DNA of 59,130 nucleotides from Tissierellia bacterium (GTDB lineage: Bacteria > Bacillota > Clostridia > Peptostreptococcales > Acidaminobacteraceae): NCBI GenBank assembly GCA_012727635.1, contig JAAYGQ010000102.1:1-59130 (forward strand). Reading direction: 5' to 3'. The notes below the pieces were generated by a model. That model was not told the origin of the DNA, did no database searches, and was given only the letters and a program-made list of their open reading frames with translations. The position numbers and the translations under genes were made by a program. Position 1 is the first letter of the stretch, and every line of letters begins with the position of its first letter. This document shows, in pieces, positions 19,334 to 28,352 of this stretch.

Positions 19334-19362
19334 ATTGTATATGAAATTCTTAGCCTTGTCAA
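19334..19362 (-). promoter_or_regulatory. Promoter of the CNNM gene pair
   Basis: Minus strand TTGACA (19357-19362), 17-nt spacer, TACAAT (19334-19339). Confidence 0.65.
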
Positions 19363-19376
19363 TTATTGCCCAGGGC

Positions 19377-19850
19377 TCAGTTGAGCAGAAAGTATAGGAA
19401 AACGCCTCCTAGAAGTAGCGCCATTAGCAGTTCGAATAGAGGTCTGGGTCCCCTAACTAGATAATCCTTAAGTCGCTCTATTGAGGGACTGTTCTTTTTC
19501 AATAAGAAGAGCTCCTTCTTTTCACTATATTCTTCTCCTTCTTGCAGAAAAACCTTGATTTCTTCGGGATTACTAATCTTTAAAAGACACTTATACTGTC
19601 CAGGAAAAAGAATCTTACTGGCTCCATAAAGAAGCACTCCCAAAACAAAGAGAACAATAAGCCGTAGTGCCATAGAACCACCCAGTACAAAACGTTGACT
19701 CATAAAAAAGGCCACTAAAAACATAGCCATAACCCCATAATCCATTCCCCGTGGAATGAGGACAATTTTCTTAAAATATATTAGTAGCTGTAGGAGGATT
19801 GCCACAGCAATATAACCCAGCACAAAGGGCTTTAACAACAAAACGCACAT
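19377..19850 (-). CDS. Hypothetical integral membrane protein
   Basis: 157-aa ORF with 4-5 hydrophobic segments. No family recognised. Confidence 0.4.
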   Translation of the reverse strand: MCVLLLKPFVLGYIAVAILLQLLIYFKKIVLIPRGMDYGVMAMFLVAFFMSQRFVLGGSMALRLIVLFVLGVLLYGASKILFPGQYKCLLKISNPEEIKVFLQEGEEYSEKKELFLLKKNSPSIERLKDYLVRGPRPLFELLMALLLGGVFLYFLLN

Positions 19851-19870
19851 TACCTACCTCCTAAGTTAGG

Positions 19871-19904
19871 ATAAAAAGACCTTTCCCCTAGAGGAAAGGC
19901 CTTT
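19871..19904 (-). terminator. Rho-independent terminator of pepA
   Basis: Minus strand AAAGGCCTTTCC-loop-GGAAAGGTCTTT followed by TTTAT. Confidence 0.7.
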
Positions 19905-19913
19905 GATCAAAGT

Positions 19914-21254
19914 TTACTCATCCTTTACCAATTGGTATAAGGTTTTAACAAGATATCCCGTCCCTCCATGGGGGTAGTAGGCTCTAGGGCTTTCTTCATA
20001 GCTAACTCCAGCGATATCTACATGGACCCAGGGAGTATCAACAACAAACTCCCCAAGGAACATGCCGGCACTAATGCCACCTCCCATACGTCCACCACTG
20101 TTTTTAATATCAGCCAATTTAGACTTATTCATTTCTTTGTATTCATCAAAACTAGGCATGGCCCATACAGGCTCACCCACCTTGTTTCCTGCCGCCGACA
20201 CTCTGTCTACCAGTGCCTGATCGTTGTATACCGCACCGGCACTGAGATTTCCCAGGGCTACAACCATGGCTCCTGTTAAGGTTGCCGTATCAATAACATA
20301 GCGAGGCTTAAATACTGTCGTTGTATAGTATAAAGCATCGGCCAGTGTCAGGCGACCTTCGGCATCGGTGTTGACCACTTCAATGCTCTTACCGGCCATA
20401 GAACCAATAATATCTCCCGTTTTATAAGCACTACCATTGATTAGATTCTCCGTTGCCGCTACTACGGCAATGACATGGGTGGGCAGTTTTGCAGCAGCAA
20501 TGGCCTTCATAGCGCCAATCACTGCAGCCGCTCCTGCCATATCACCATGCATAGTACGCATCCCCTCGGCAGGTTTAATACTATATCCCCCGGAGTCATA
20601 GGTTAGACCCTTTCCGACCAAGGCAAGGGGTTGTTCATCACTGTTTTTATATGTCATGACAATGAGTTTTGGCTCTTTATCTGAACCGTAGCTGACAGCA
20701 AGAAAGGCTTCCATGCCCAGCTCTTCAATCTCCTCTTGACCCATAACCTTAACTTCAACACCCAGGGGGCTAAGTTCCTCTTTTGCTCTTTGGGCTAGGG
20801 TGGCAGGGTACAGATCCATGGCAGCCAGATTGGTAAGATCTCTTGCCAAAAATACGCCGTCTAAAAGTTTTTCTACTTCAACAAATTGCTCTTTAATTTC
20901 TTCAACTTTGTTTTCTTCAACCCAAAAGCTGATTTCCTTTAGATAGCGAATTTTTTTCTCGCTCAAATAATGGTCAAAAAAATAATTGCTGTGCATAAAA
21001 CCTTCGTATACTGCTGCAGGGTTAAGATTCCCTATTTCTAAACTGACAGCGTCAATTTTTAGTTCATTTAACTTACTGGCCAATGTGTAAAAGGCCCGGC
21101 GTAGGGCTTCATCATCGGTTTTTTCCAGATTCATAGACAAACTACCCTGGCGCTCTTTACTTAGTGATGCGAAAATCTCACCATGTTTTAAGCCTTCTTG
21201 GTTAAAGCTCAGTTCAACTTCCACATTTTTCTTAACATTAAATAGATAATTCAT
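19914..21254 (-). CDS. pepA: Leucyl aminopeptidase (M17)
   Basis: NTDAEGRLTLAD M17 signature and metal-binding region. Confidence 0.9.
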   Translation of the reverse strand: MNYLFNVKKNVEVELSFNQEGLKHGEIFASLSKERQGSLSMNLEKTDDEALRRAFYTLASKLNELKIDAVSLEIGNLNPAAVYEGFMHSNYFFDHYLSEKKIRYLKEISFWVEENKVEEIKEQFVEVEKLLDGVFLARDLTNLAAMDLYPATLAQRAKEELSPLGVEVKVMGQEEIEELGMEAFLAVSYGSDKEPKLIVMTYKNSDEQPLALVGKGLTYDSGGYSIKPAEGMRTMHGDMAGAAAVIGAMKAIAAAKLPTHVIAVVAATENLINGSAYKTGDIIGSMAGKSIEVVNTDAEGRLTLADALYYTTTVFKPRYVIDTATLTGAMVVALGNLSAGAVYNDQALVDRVSAAGNKVGEPVWAMPSFDEYKEMNKSKLADIKNSGGRMGGGISAGMFLGEFVVDTPWVHVDIAGVSYEESPRAYYPHGGTGYLVKTLYQLVKDE

Positions 21255-21388
21255 TCTGCCTCCTGAATAGTATTTTATAAAATCTCACTATACCTACTAT
21301 ACCCCTATGGAAAGAAATAACCACAAAAATCCTGCTTTTAGGGTATACTTTACTGGAATGGGTAATTTCCCAAGCAAGGAGGTATTAT

Positions 21389-22561
21389 ATGAAATTTGAT
21401 GATCACATGGTAAATAGGAGCACTTTCTACAGTGCCAAATACCACAAGATGGAAGAAGTGGGTATGCAAGAAGGCATTCCACTATGGGTTGCCGATATGG
21501 ACCTTCCCGTTGCTCCCGCAATTACGCAAGCCCTATTAAAGCGTGCTTCCCACCCCTACTTTGGATATACTTATATCCCCCAAGAATACTATGAAGCCTT
21601 TGCTCAGTGGCAAAAAAAACGTTTAGGCCTAGATATTGATGTGAACCTTTTAAGCCCTGCTCATAATGTGGTGGTGGGCCTACAATTGGTTCTTGAAATG
21701 TTTAGAAAATCCGGAGACAACATCCTAGTTCAGCCTCCTGTATATTTCCCTTTTTACTCAATTATTGAAAAAGCCCAGTGCGGGCGCATCGATAACCCTC
21801 TAATTGAAACCGACCAAGGCTATTTCATGGACTTTGAGGATATGGAAAAGAAAATTATTGACAACAAAGTCAAATACTTTATTTTATGCAATCCACACAA
21901 TCCCATAGGAAGAATCTGGACAAAAGATGAACTAAATAAAGTTGCCGATATCTGTCACCTGCATGGTGTAACGGTGCTAAGCGATGAAATACATGCCGAT
22001 TTGGTACACGAAGGAGAACACATCCCCTTCTATACCGTCAGTGACAAGGCAAAACAAATCTCCATGAGCTTTTACTCCTCAGGCAAAACCTTTAACCTTC
22101 CTGCCCTGCACTCAGCCTATGTACTCTTTCATTCCAAGGTTTGGAAAGATCAGTACGACGCCATATCTTTGGCGCAAAACCGTGGAGATGCCAATTGCTT
22201 CGGTATTGCTGCCAATATAGCCGCTTTCACAGAAAGCGAAGACTGGTATCAGGAAATGATGGAATATATCCAAGGCAACCTCGACTATGTGACAAATTTT
22301 ATAAATAATGAGTTCTCTCCGAAAATAAAGGTAAGAAAACCCCAAGCTACCTATTTGATGTGGCTCGATTGTAGAGGTCTTGGCCTAAGTCCTGAGGCCC
22401 TCAGTGAGTTCTTTCAAAAAAAGGCAAAACTTCTTCTAAATGACGGCGAACTCTTCGGCGATGAAGGCAAGGGCTTTATGCGTTTAAATAGCGCTGCCCC
22501 CCGCTATCTTCTAGAGCAGGCCATGGGGCAACTTAAAAGTGCCATGGATGAACTGGCTTAA
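21389..22561 (+). CDS. patB: MalY/PatB-type PLP-dependent C-S lyase (cystathionine beta-lyase)
   Basis: Class I/II aminotransferase fold pattern, with the PLP lysine in SSGKTFN. AAGGAGG ribosome-binding site. Confidence 0.8.
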   Translation: MKFDDHMVNRSTFYSAKYHKMEEVGMQEGIPLWVADMDLPVAPAITQALLKRASHPYFGYTYIPQEYYEAFAQWQKKRLGLDIDVNLLSPAHNVVVGLQLVLEMFRKSGDNILVQPPVYFPFYSIIEKAQCGRIDNPLIETDQGYFMDFEDMEKKIIDNKVKYFILCNPHNPIGRIWTKDELNKVADICHLHGVTVLSDEIHADLVHEGEHIPFYTVSDKAKQISMSFYSSGKTFNLPALHSAYVLFHSKVWKDQYDAISLAQNRGDANCFGIAANIAAFTESEDWYQEMMEYIQGNLDYVTNFINNEFSPKIKVRKPQATYLMWLDCRGLGLSPEALSEFFQKKAKLLLNDGELFGDEGKGFMRLNSAAPRYLLEQAMGQLKSAMDELA

Positions 22562-22597
22562 AGCCAATAAATTTAATTTAATTGATTTGAAAATCAT

Positions 22598-22626
22598 AAA
22601 AACGCTCTTTACTTAGAGCGTTTTTT
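22598..22626. terminator. Bidirectional rho-independent terminator
   Basis: AAAAACGCTCT-TTACTT-AGAGCGTTTTTT between convergent patB and the DUF401 gene. Confidence 0.8.
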
Positions 22627-22659
22627 CGTCTTTCTATCCCTTTTTTTTTCTTGTTCCAG

Positions 22660-23859
22660 TTAGAAAAAAAGAAAAATACCATAGCTATAAAAAGAAGCAA
22701 TAAGTATAAAGGAAATAAGCACAGGAAAAGTCTTTTTCACCAAAGACGTAAAGGGAAGATTGTAGGCTTCGGTTATTACCCCAAGACAAACATGAGTGGG
22801 AGAAATCTGACTGGCTATGAAAACAAGGCTCATAAGAAAGATTATAAGCCCAAGGCTACTTCCCAAAGTTGCCACACTAATAGGAAGCATCATAGCAATC
22901 ATGGCCTGGCTACCGGCCAGAAGCGTTCCTAGAAAGAAAATAAGTCCAAATATAATTACTGGTGGCAAAGGAAGTGTGCTAAAAAACTCCGGTAAAGTGT
23001 CTATAACGCCACTAAAGGTTGGCAGTTCTTTGAATACCGTAATTGTTAAAGTGGTAAGTATTAACCGCACCTCGAAGGCTGAACGGAACATTGGCTTTAA
23101 TTCTTGCCATGTAAAGCGGTTCACAAAGGCAGAAACAATAACCACAGGGAACACAGCTTTGTGTACAGGCAGTTTAAAACTTAGAATCAGTACAATGCTT
23201 GCACCGATGGCCCATAAACTTACCCACAAATTCTTAAGCTCTGCTTTTTTATCGACGTTTTCTGGCGCATTAGATTGAGGTATTTTTCGCACATAAAAAA
23301 TAAAACCAAGAAAAAACAGAAGAAAAACCAGTGGGAGCATCGCCAAGACAAAACTCGTCATTTCTACACCGGAGAGTTCCATAACAAGAATAATTGTGGC
23401 GTAGGTAGGAAGAAATATTTCGGAAATATGGCGGTAAAAACTCGTAACAAAGCAACGTTCCTCTACAGAAAGATCGTCCTTTGCGGCATTGTCCACAATG
23501 GGTTTTGCTATGAGCACCGCACCCACCGAAGGAAGAAGTCCCACTACAAAGGGAGCCACCATGGCATTGATTCTTCTCGAACCAAAAAGCTTTGTAAGGG
23601 AGGTCTCGGCTAGGATAAGATGTTCCCTTTTTTCTAGCATTCTCTGTAAATAGGTAATGGTGTAAAAGGCAAGAACGAGATAAAGCGTTGTTCTCGAGAA
23701 AATTCCCCGGTATATTACATCTAAAGCATTTTTCGGAGAAACCCTAAAAAGAAAAAATCCAAGGATGGTACTGGCCCCCATGGCGTAATAAAGAGGCATC
23801 CTTCGGCTCATTAAAATAAGTAGAAATACAAATAAAACAGCTAGAAATATCAACTCCAT
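22660..23859 (-). CDS. DUF401-family membrane protein (putative transporter)
   Basis: 399-aa polytopic protein. The GLLPSVGAV...FYRHISEIFLPTY pattern resembles DUF401. Confidence 0.55.
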   Translation of the reverse strand: MELIFLAVLFVFLLILMSRRMPLYYAMGASTILGFFLFRVSPKNALDVIYRGIFSRTTLYLVLAFYTITYLQRMLEKREHLILAETSLTKLFGSRRINAMVAPFVVGLLPSVGAVLIAKPIVDNAAKDDLSVEERCFVTSFYRHISEIFLPTYATIILVMELSGVEMTSFVLAMLPLVFLLFFLGFIFYVRKIPQSNAPENVDKKAELKNLWVSLWAIGASIVLILSFKLPVHKAVFPVVIVSAFVNRFTWQELKPMFRSAFEVRLILTTLTITVFKELPTFSGVIDTLPEFFSTLPLPPVIIFGLIFFLGTLLAGSQAMIAMMLPISVATLGSSLGLIIFLMSLVFIASQISPTHVCLGVITEAYNLPFTSLVKKTFPVLISFILIASFYSYGIFLFF

Positions 23860-23867
23860 GTATCCTC

Positions 23868-24392
23868 CTAGAGATCACCGTAGGTTTTTTCACGAAGAGA
23901 ATTTGTAGCATATTCGCTTTTTAGCATGGAATAAAGTCGCTGATCCAAAAAAACTCCTTCATAGCAATAATTTTCTCTTAGGGTACCTTCCCAAATAAGA
24001 CCCAAATCTTCATATAGAAAGATAGCCCTTTTATTGCGAGGATATACATCAAGATAAAAACGGTTCAAATCCAGTTCATCAAAACAGTATTTTATAAGGG
24101 CCGACAGGGCACTGCGACCATAGCCTTTGTCTTTTTTTATAAAAGCGATGCGCCTTAGCAGGAAGGTCTTTGACAAAAAATCCAGTTGCACCATGGCATA
24201 GCCCACCATCTCCTCCTGCTTTGAATACATAGAAAAAAGAATATAATTCTCGTTTTCAAGATGAAATCTATGCTCGTCCAAGGTACTCACAAAAAGCTCT
24301 GGTCGATTCTCCGGATGACTCTCAATCTCCATGAGCCGGGGAAGCTCTTCTTCCCTAGTTTCTCGAATATAAAGATTTTTTGTTTCAATCAT
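23868..24392 (-). CDS. GNAT-family N-acetyltransferase
   Basis: 174 aa with a RimJ/RimL-like pattern (KGYGRSALSALIKYCF). Confidence 0.75.
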   Translation of the reverse strand: MIETKNLYIRETREEELPRLMEIESHPENRPELFVSTLDEHRFHLENENYILFSMYSKQEEMVGYAMVQLDFLSKTFLLRRIAFIKKDKGYGRSALSALIKYCFDELDLNRFYLDVYPRNKRAIFLYEDLGLIWEGTLRENYCYEGVFLDQRLYSMLKSEYATNSLREKTYGDL

Positions 24393-24873
24393 ATAAAAAC
24401 CCCTCTAAAATCTCAACGAATTCTTCAAAGGCCACCTGATCTTGCTGAGTAAAATGACCTAAATAGGGGCTGTCAAGGTCCAGCACTCCCCTAAGCTCAC
24501 CGCTTTTTCTTATAGGAATTACTAGTTCTGAGCGAGAAGCGCTATCACAGGCAATATGGCCCGGAAAATTCTCCACATCTTCCACCCTTTGGCTGCAGTT
24601 TTCTTTCCAGGCACTACCACAAACTCCCTTACCGTAGGAAATCCTAGTGCAGGCAGGAAGACCCTGAAAACTCCCCAGAACAAGTTCATCTTCTACTACC
24701 CAATAAAAACCTGCCCAGTTCAGCCCCTCTACAACGGCCATTATTATTGCCGCAGCATTGGCTTCTATAGCTCTTGGGTGACTTTCGGTGCCGCCTTGGG
24801 ATCGCAGCAAAAGCTTTGTATAGGCAAGGCGCTGGGCTTTACTCATTTTTTCAAGACCCTTAAGTTTGATCAT
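24385..24873 (-). CDS. GAF-domain protein, free methionine-(R)-sulfoxide reductase-like
   Basis: GFYWV...LVLGSFQG.PACTRI..GKGVCG...HIACDS.S.SE.V.PI pattern of the YebR/fRMsr family. Confidence 0.8.
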   Translation of the reverse strand: MIKLKGLEKMSKAQRLAYTKLLLRSQGGTESHPRAIEANAAAIIMAVVEGLNWAGFYWVVEDELVLGSFQGLPACTRISYGKGVCGSAWKENCSQRVEDVENFPGHIACDSASRSELVIPIRKSGELRGVLDLDSPYLGHFTQQDQVAFEEFVEILEGFLYD

Positions 24874-24890
24874 CGCGGCTCCTTCTGTTT

Positions 24891-25679
24891 CTACAATATA
24901 ACCATAAGAATATAGACAAAGATCATCAAGGAACTAAGCAGGCTTCCCCTAGTTTCATAGCTTGTCCGAGCAAGAAGCCATCCTATCGCTAGAAAAATCA
25001 GTGTGCCAACAAAACTCCCAATCATAAAATAACGCTCAAAAAGTCCAAAACCCAAAGCAAGTCCCAATAAAAGCTCTTCTCGGTCCAGCCTTCTTCTTAA
25101 AAAGATAATGGGAATCGAAAAAACTGCTAGAGAAGTATAAAGAGCAGTGAGAAAAGCATGCTGCAATAGATTCAAAGAAATTAAAGGTATAACTCCTTCG
25201 ATAATAGCTTTTTTGAAAAAAAACCAAGCAGTAAACACCAGTATAAATAGTCCTGTGACCTGAAGCCAACTATTGGGAAATGAATAAGAATAATCAATCT
25301 TTTCCTTGAGATTTCCAGTAAACAATTCTTTAAAGCTCTCTCTTTTTAGAAAAAAGACAAAGGTAAAACTAAAGACAATCAGAAGAACCATGGTAAAAGA
25401 AGTAAGATTACCACGGCACAGGCGTTCTAAGGGCAACAGCGGAATCGTCTTAAGGAGGCCAAAATATAAGGGAACCTCCCAGGGAAGATCCTCTTGTTTG
25501 TAACTCAAACCCACCACCATCCATGCAATAAGGATGCTCGGGAGCATGTATTGGGGGCTCCAGGGCGAAATGCTCAATAAAAATCGTCTAAAGTTCCATG
25601 ACATAAAAAAGAAAGCCACTACAACATAGGCCAGTCGTCGTTGTTGTCTTGTCCAGTGCATTGACCACTCCTTTAGCAA
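24891..25679 (-). CDS. Hypothetical integral membrane protein
   Basis: 262-aa ORF with about 7 hydrophobic segments. No confident family call. Confidence 0.4.
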   Translation of the reverse strand: MLKEWSMHWTRQQRRLAYVVVAFFFMSWNFRRFLLSISPWSPQYMLPSILIAWMVVGLSYKQEDLPWEVPLYFGLLKTIPLLPLERLCRGNLTSFTMVLLIVFSFTFVFFLKRESFKELFTGNLKEKIDYSYSFPNSWLQVTGLFILVFTAWFFFKKAIIEGVIPLISLNLLQHAFLTALYTSLAVFSIPIIFLRRRLDREELLLGLALGFGLFERYFMIGSFVGTLIFLAIGWLLARTSYETRGSLLSSLMIFVYILMVIL

Positions 25680-25935
25680 AATATACCCCCCTAAGAAAAG
25701 TCACCAACTCTCCAGAGATAGGGGATACTGATTTATTATAAGTTCCACGGGTAAATATATATTTAAGTCTAAACATTATGATCCTATGCAGAGTTTAAAA
25801 CATAGACATAAAACCCCGTTTATAAAAATAAGTTATAAAGACTCTAGAAGTATTTTAGCACGAAAAAACCATTTCTCCAAAATTATGTCACATTTATATA
25901 TTTCTTCCCCTTTATAGTACGAAAGGAGTACCATC

Positions 25936-27144
25936 ATGAAAAAGAAACTCAGTTTACTACTCGGCCTTATCCTTTTAGGAGGCTGTGTACCCATAGGGCC
26001 TGCCCCATCGGCCAGCGAAGCCACCCCTCCTCCATCCCTTAGTTATGAGGATGAAGATTTCCAGGAGCGATTTGATGCCACGGTGCCCAGCGAAGGAGCC
26101 CTGGATGCACTCTGGGATTTTTCCATCAATACCTTTAAGCCCCTTAGAAAAGAAGGCAACCGTTTCTATTCCCCTCTAAGTCTCTATTTTGCCCTTTCTA
26201 TGCTAGAAGAAGGCGCTTTGGATGAGAGTCTTGCAGAACTTCAGAAAATTTTAGGAGAAGAGGTAGATGTCAAAGCCCTGATGGAACATCTAAGTTATGA
26301 CACAGAGCAAATGCAGGTACTTCTTGCCAATAGCCTTTGGGTTCAAGAAGAGTTCCCCGTTAAAGAGGCCTTTAGTGAGAAACTTATGAAAGATCATTAT
26401 GCTTCGGTTTATGAGCTGGATCTACAAAAACAAGCCAGTATGGACAAGATTTCTTCCTGGATTGCTAAAAATACCAAGGATCGAATCAAACCCGAGCTCA
26501 GCGTCGAAGACAGTATTCGCTTGTATCTTGTCAATACTCTTTATCTTAAAGCAGCCTGGAGAGAAAACTTTAATGAAGATCTTACCAAAGATGATAGTTT
26601 TAAAGCTATAGGGGAAGAAATCAACCATCCCTTTATGCATCTAAAGGGTGACAATGAACTTTACATGGAAAATGACACATTACAACTGGCCAGCAAAACA
26701 CTCCAGGATGGGATGACGATGTACTTTGTACTTCCTAAGGAAGGCAATGGGCTAACGGATGTGGACTTCGTTAATATTCCCGGACTTATAGATGAAATGA
26801 GTGACGCTCAAATCAACTGGACAATGCCCAAGATCCATATTAAAGATGAAATGGAACTTACCGAAGTGCTGCGTAGCCTCGGAATCAACCAGATCTTCGA
26901 AGAGGATGGAAAGCTCGGAAACATCAGCGATATTCAACTACAGGTATCTCAGATTAAACAGTGGAGCGATTTACTTGTAGAAGAAAAAGGAGTTGAAGCA
27001 GCTGCTGCCACAATGATCAGCGTCCTAGAGACCTCTTTACCACCTCAATTTCCTGAAGTTGAAATGAAGTTGGATCGACCATTCTCCGTGTTCATAACCT
27101 TTAGAGATATACCTCTATTTTTTGGTGATGTTTATCAGCCCTAA
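25936..27144 (+). CDS. Serpin-family lipoprotein (inhibitory-type reactive-centre loop)
   Basis: Lipobox LLGGC. Serpin core motif (FYSPLSLYFALSMLEEGA) and hinge EEKGVEAAAAT followed by MISVLETSLPP and DRPF. Confidence 0.85.
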   Translation: MKKKLSLLLGLILLGGCVPIGPAPSASEATPPPSLSYEDEDFQERFDATVPSEGALDALWDFSINTFKPLRKEGNRFYSPLSLYFALSMLEEGALDESLAELQKILGEEVDVKALMEHLSYDTEQMQVLLANSLWVQEEFPVKEAFSEKLMKDHYASVYELDLQKQASMDKISSWIAKNTKDRIKPELSVEDSIRLYLVNTLYLKAAWRENFNEDLTKDDSFKAIGEEINHPFMHLKGDNELYMENDTLQLASKTLQDGMTMYFVLPKEGNGLTDVDFVNIPGLIDEMSDAQINWTMPKIHIKDEMELTEVLRSLGINQIFEEDGKLGNISDIQLQVSQIKQWSDLLVEEKGVEAAAATMISVLETSLPPQFPEVEMKLDRPFSVFITFRDIPLFFGDVYQP

Positions 27145-27229
27145 AAGACAATGGCCAAGAACCAGAGATAAATAGGCTCATCCATTTTTATCTTCTAAAC
27201 TTGATAGCTTTCATTTAAGACAATAATAA

Positions 27230-27275
27230 AACGCCCGAAGATACTGATGCGCAGTGTCTCTGGGCGTTATTTTTA
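27230..27275 (+). terminator. Rho-independent terminator of the serpin gene
   Basis: About 17-bp near-perfect hairpin (27230-27268, loop ATGCG) followed by ATTTTT. Confidence 0.8.
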
Positions 27276-27371
27276 AATTAAACCATTAACCCTATAGTAC
27301 TACCAGATTAACAATTCGCTATTTCACTAATTTTTTAGTGAAGGAAATAAAAAACTTTTTTAAAACTACTA

Positions 27372-27893
27372 CTACTTGGAGCACTCCATTACACTGTTGA
27401 GCTTTTTCAACATGGCTATTTGGAAACCAGGTTTTCTTTCTTTATCTTTACCTGAAACCCTTGTCGGCTTTTCTAGGTAATCCACTATATCTATGGATTT
27501 ACCCAAAGACAAATCATGGTCAACAGCAAAGGAAGGAATCTCCACATATCCTTCTTTATCTATATAGTAAGCCTTGGTTTTAACACCATTATCAATGACG
27601 ATTATATCGCTTCTTGATAGCTTCCTGTAATTAGATCCCAGGGGGATATTCTCATTGAACATAGTCCGTATATTTTCTAAATTTATTTCCTCCCCCAGTA
27701 GCCCTTCATAAATTTTTTCGTAATTTTCAAAGTCCGGCTGGAATCTTTTACTTTCAAAATAAGCATAATTTACAAACTGAATATTCTTTGTTCTTTCATT
27801 ATTTTGTACTTGATACATAGTGTACAATGTTTCTTTTTGCACTTCTAATCTCCTTTTAGGTGTCAATATAATTTGATCTTGACTTTTGTACAT
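27372..27893 (-). CDS. YodL-like domain protein (orphan, in AT-rich island)
   Basis: The pattern YTMYQVQ...ENYEKIYEGLL...LENIRTMFN...LSRSDIIVI...KAYYIDKEGYVEIPSF mirrors the YodL-like domain common in proteins of Firmicutes conjugative elements. No ribosome-binding site is visible. Confidence 0.55.
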   Translation of the reverse strand: MYKSQDQIILTPKRRLEVQKETLYTMYQVQNNERTKNIQFVNYAYFESKRFQPDFENYEKIYEGLLGEEINLENIRTMFNENIPLGSNYRKLSRSDIIVIDNGVKTKAYYIDKEGYVEIPSFAVDHDLSLGKSIDIVDYLEKPTRVSGKDKERKPGFQIAMLKKLNSVMECSK

Positions 27894-28352
27894 TTATTTT
27901 TACTTGGTTTTAATCAAATCATTTTTATAAATGATCGAGGCTATTTATAAAAGCATTATCTTTTAACTCCTTTATTTTCCAATTTGACTGTGGCAAATAC
28001 TTTAGATCAGTAGTTAAACTCTACTGCTAAAACTGTGGCTGTTTTTTATCCTATTAAAGTATATCTGGACTCGTGTATACCCATTACGGCTTAATGGAAA
28101 TATTTTAAGCTCACAGAACAACTTCCTATGTTTCTTCCTAATTCCTAAAGCGATATGGATAACTATATATTACCCCACAAATCAACTTAGTAGCACATAT
28201 GGAAGAAACTTTACACTTATGCAAATGTCTTTGTTTCATATTTAAGTCAATTGAGAAAGCTTTGATCTCCAGGCTATTACTGGAATAAAAAAAGCAACAA
28301 ATTTCTTTGCCGCCTTTAAACAAATTTACACATAGCCTTGTGCTAAGGCAAT

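Noticed and set aside
21297-21521. 74-aa minus-strand ORF spanning the pepA/patB divergent promoter region and the patB 5' end.
   Set aside because: It overlaps the patB start and its AAGGAGG site, has no ribosome-binding site of its own, and has no recognisable similarity.
28138-28323. 61-aa minus-strand ORF and a 29-aa Cys-rich plus-strand ORF (MEETLHLCKCLCF..) in the AT-rich gap.
   Set aside because: Neither has a ribosome-binding site or a recognisable family, and the composition is typical of random ORFs in AT-rich DNA. They are mentioned only under the island finding.
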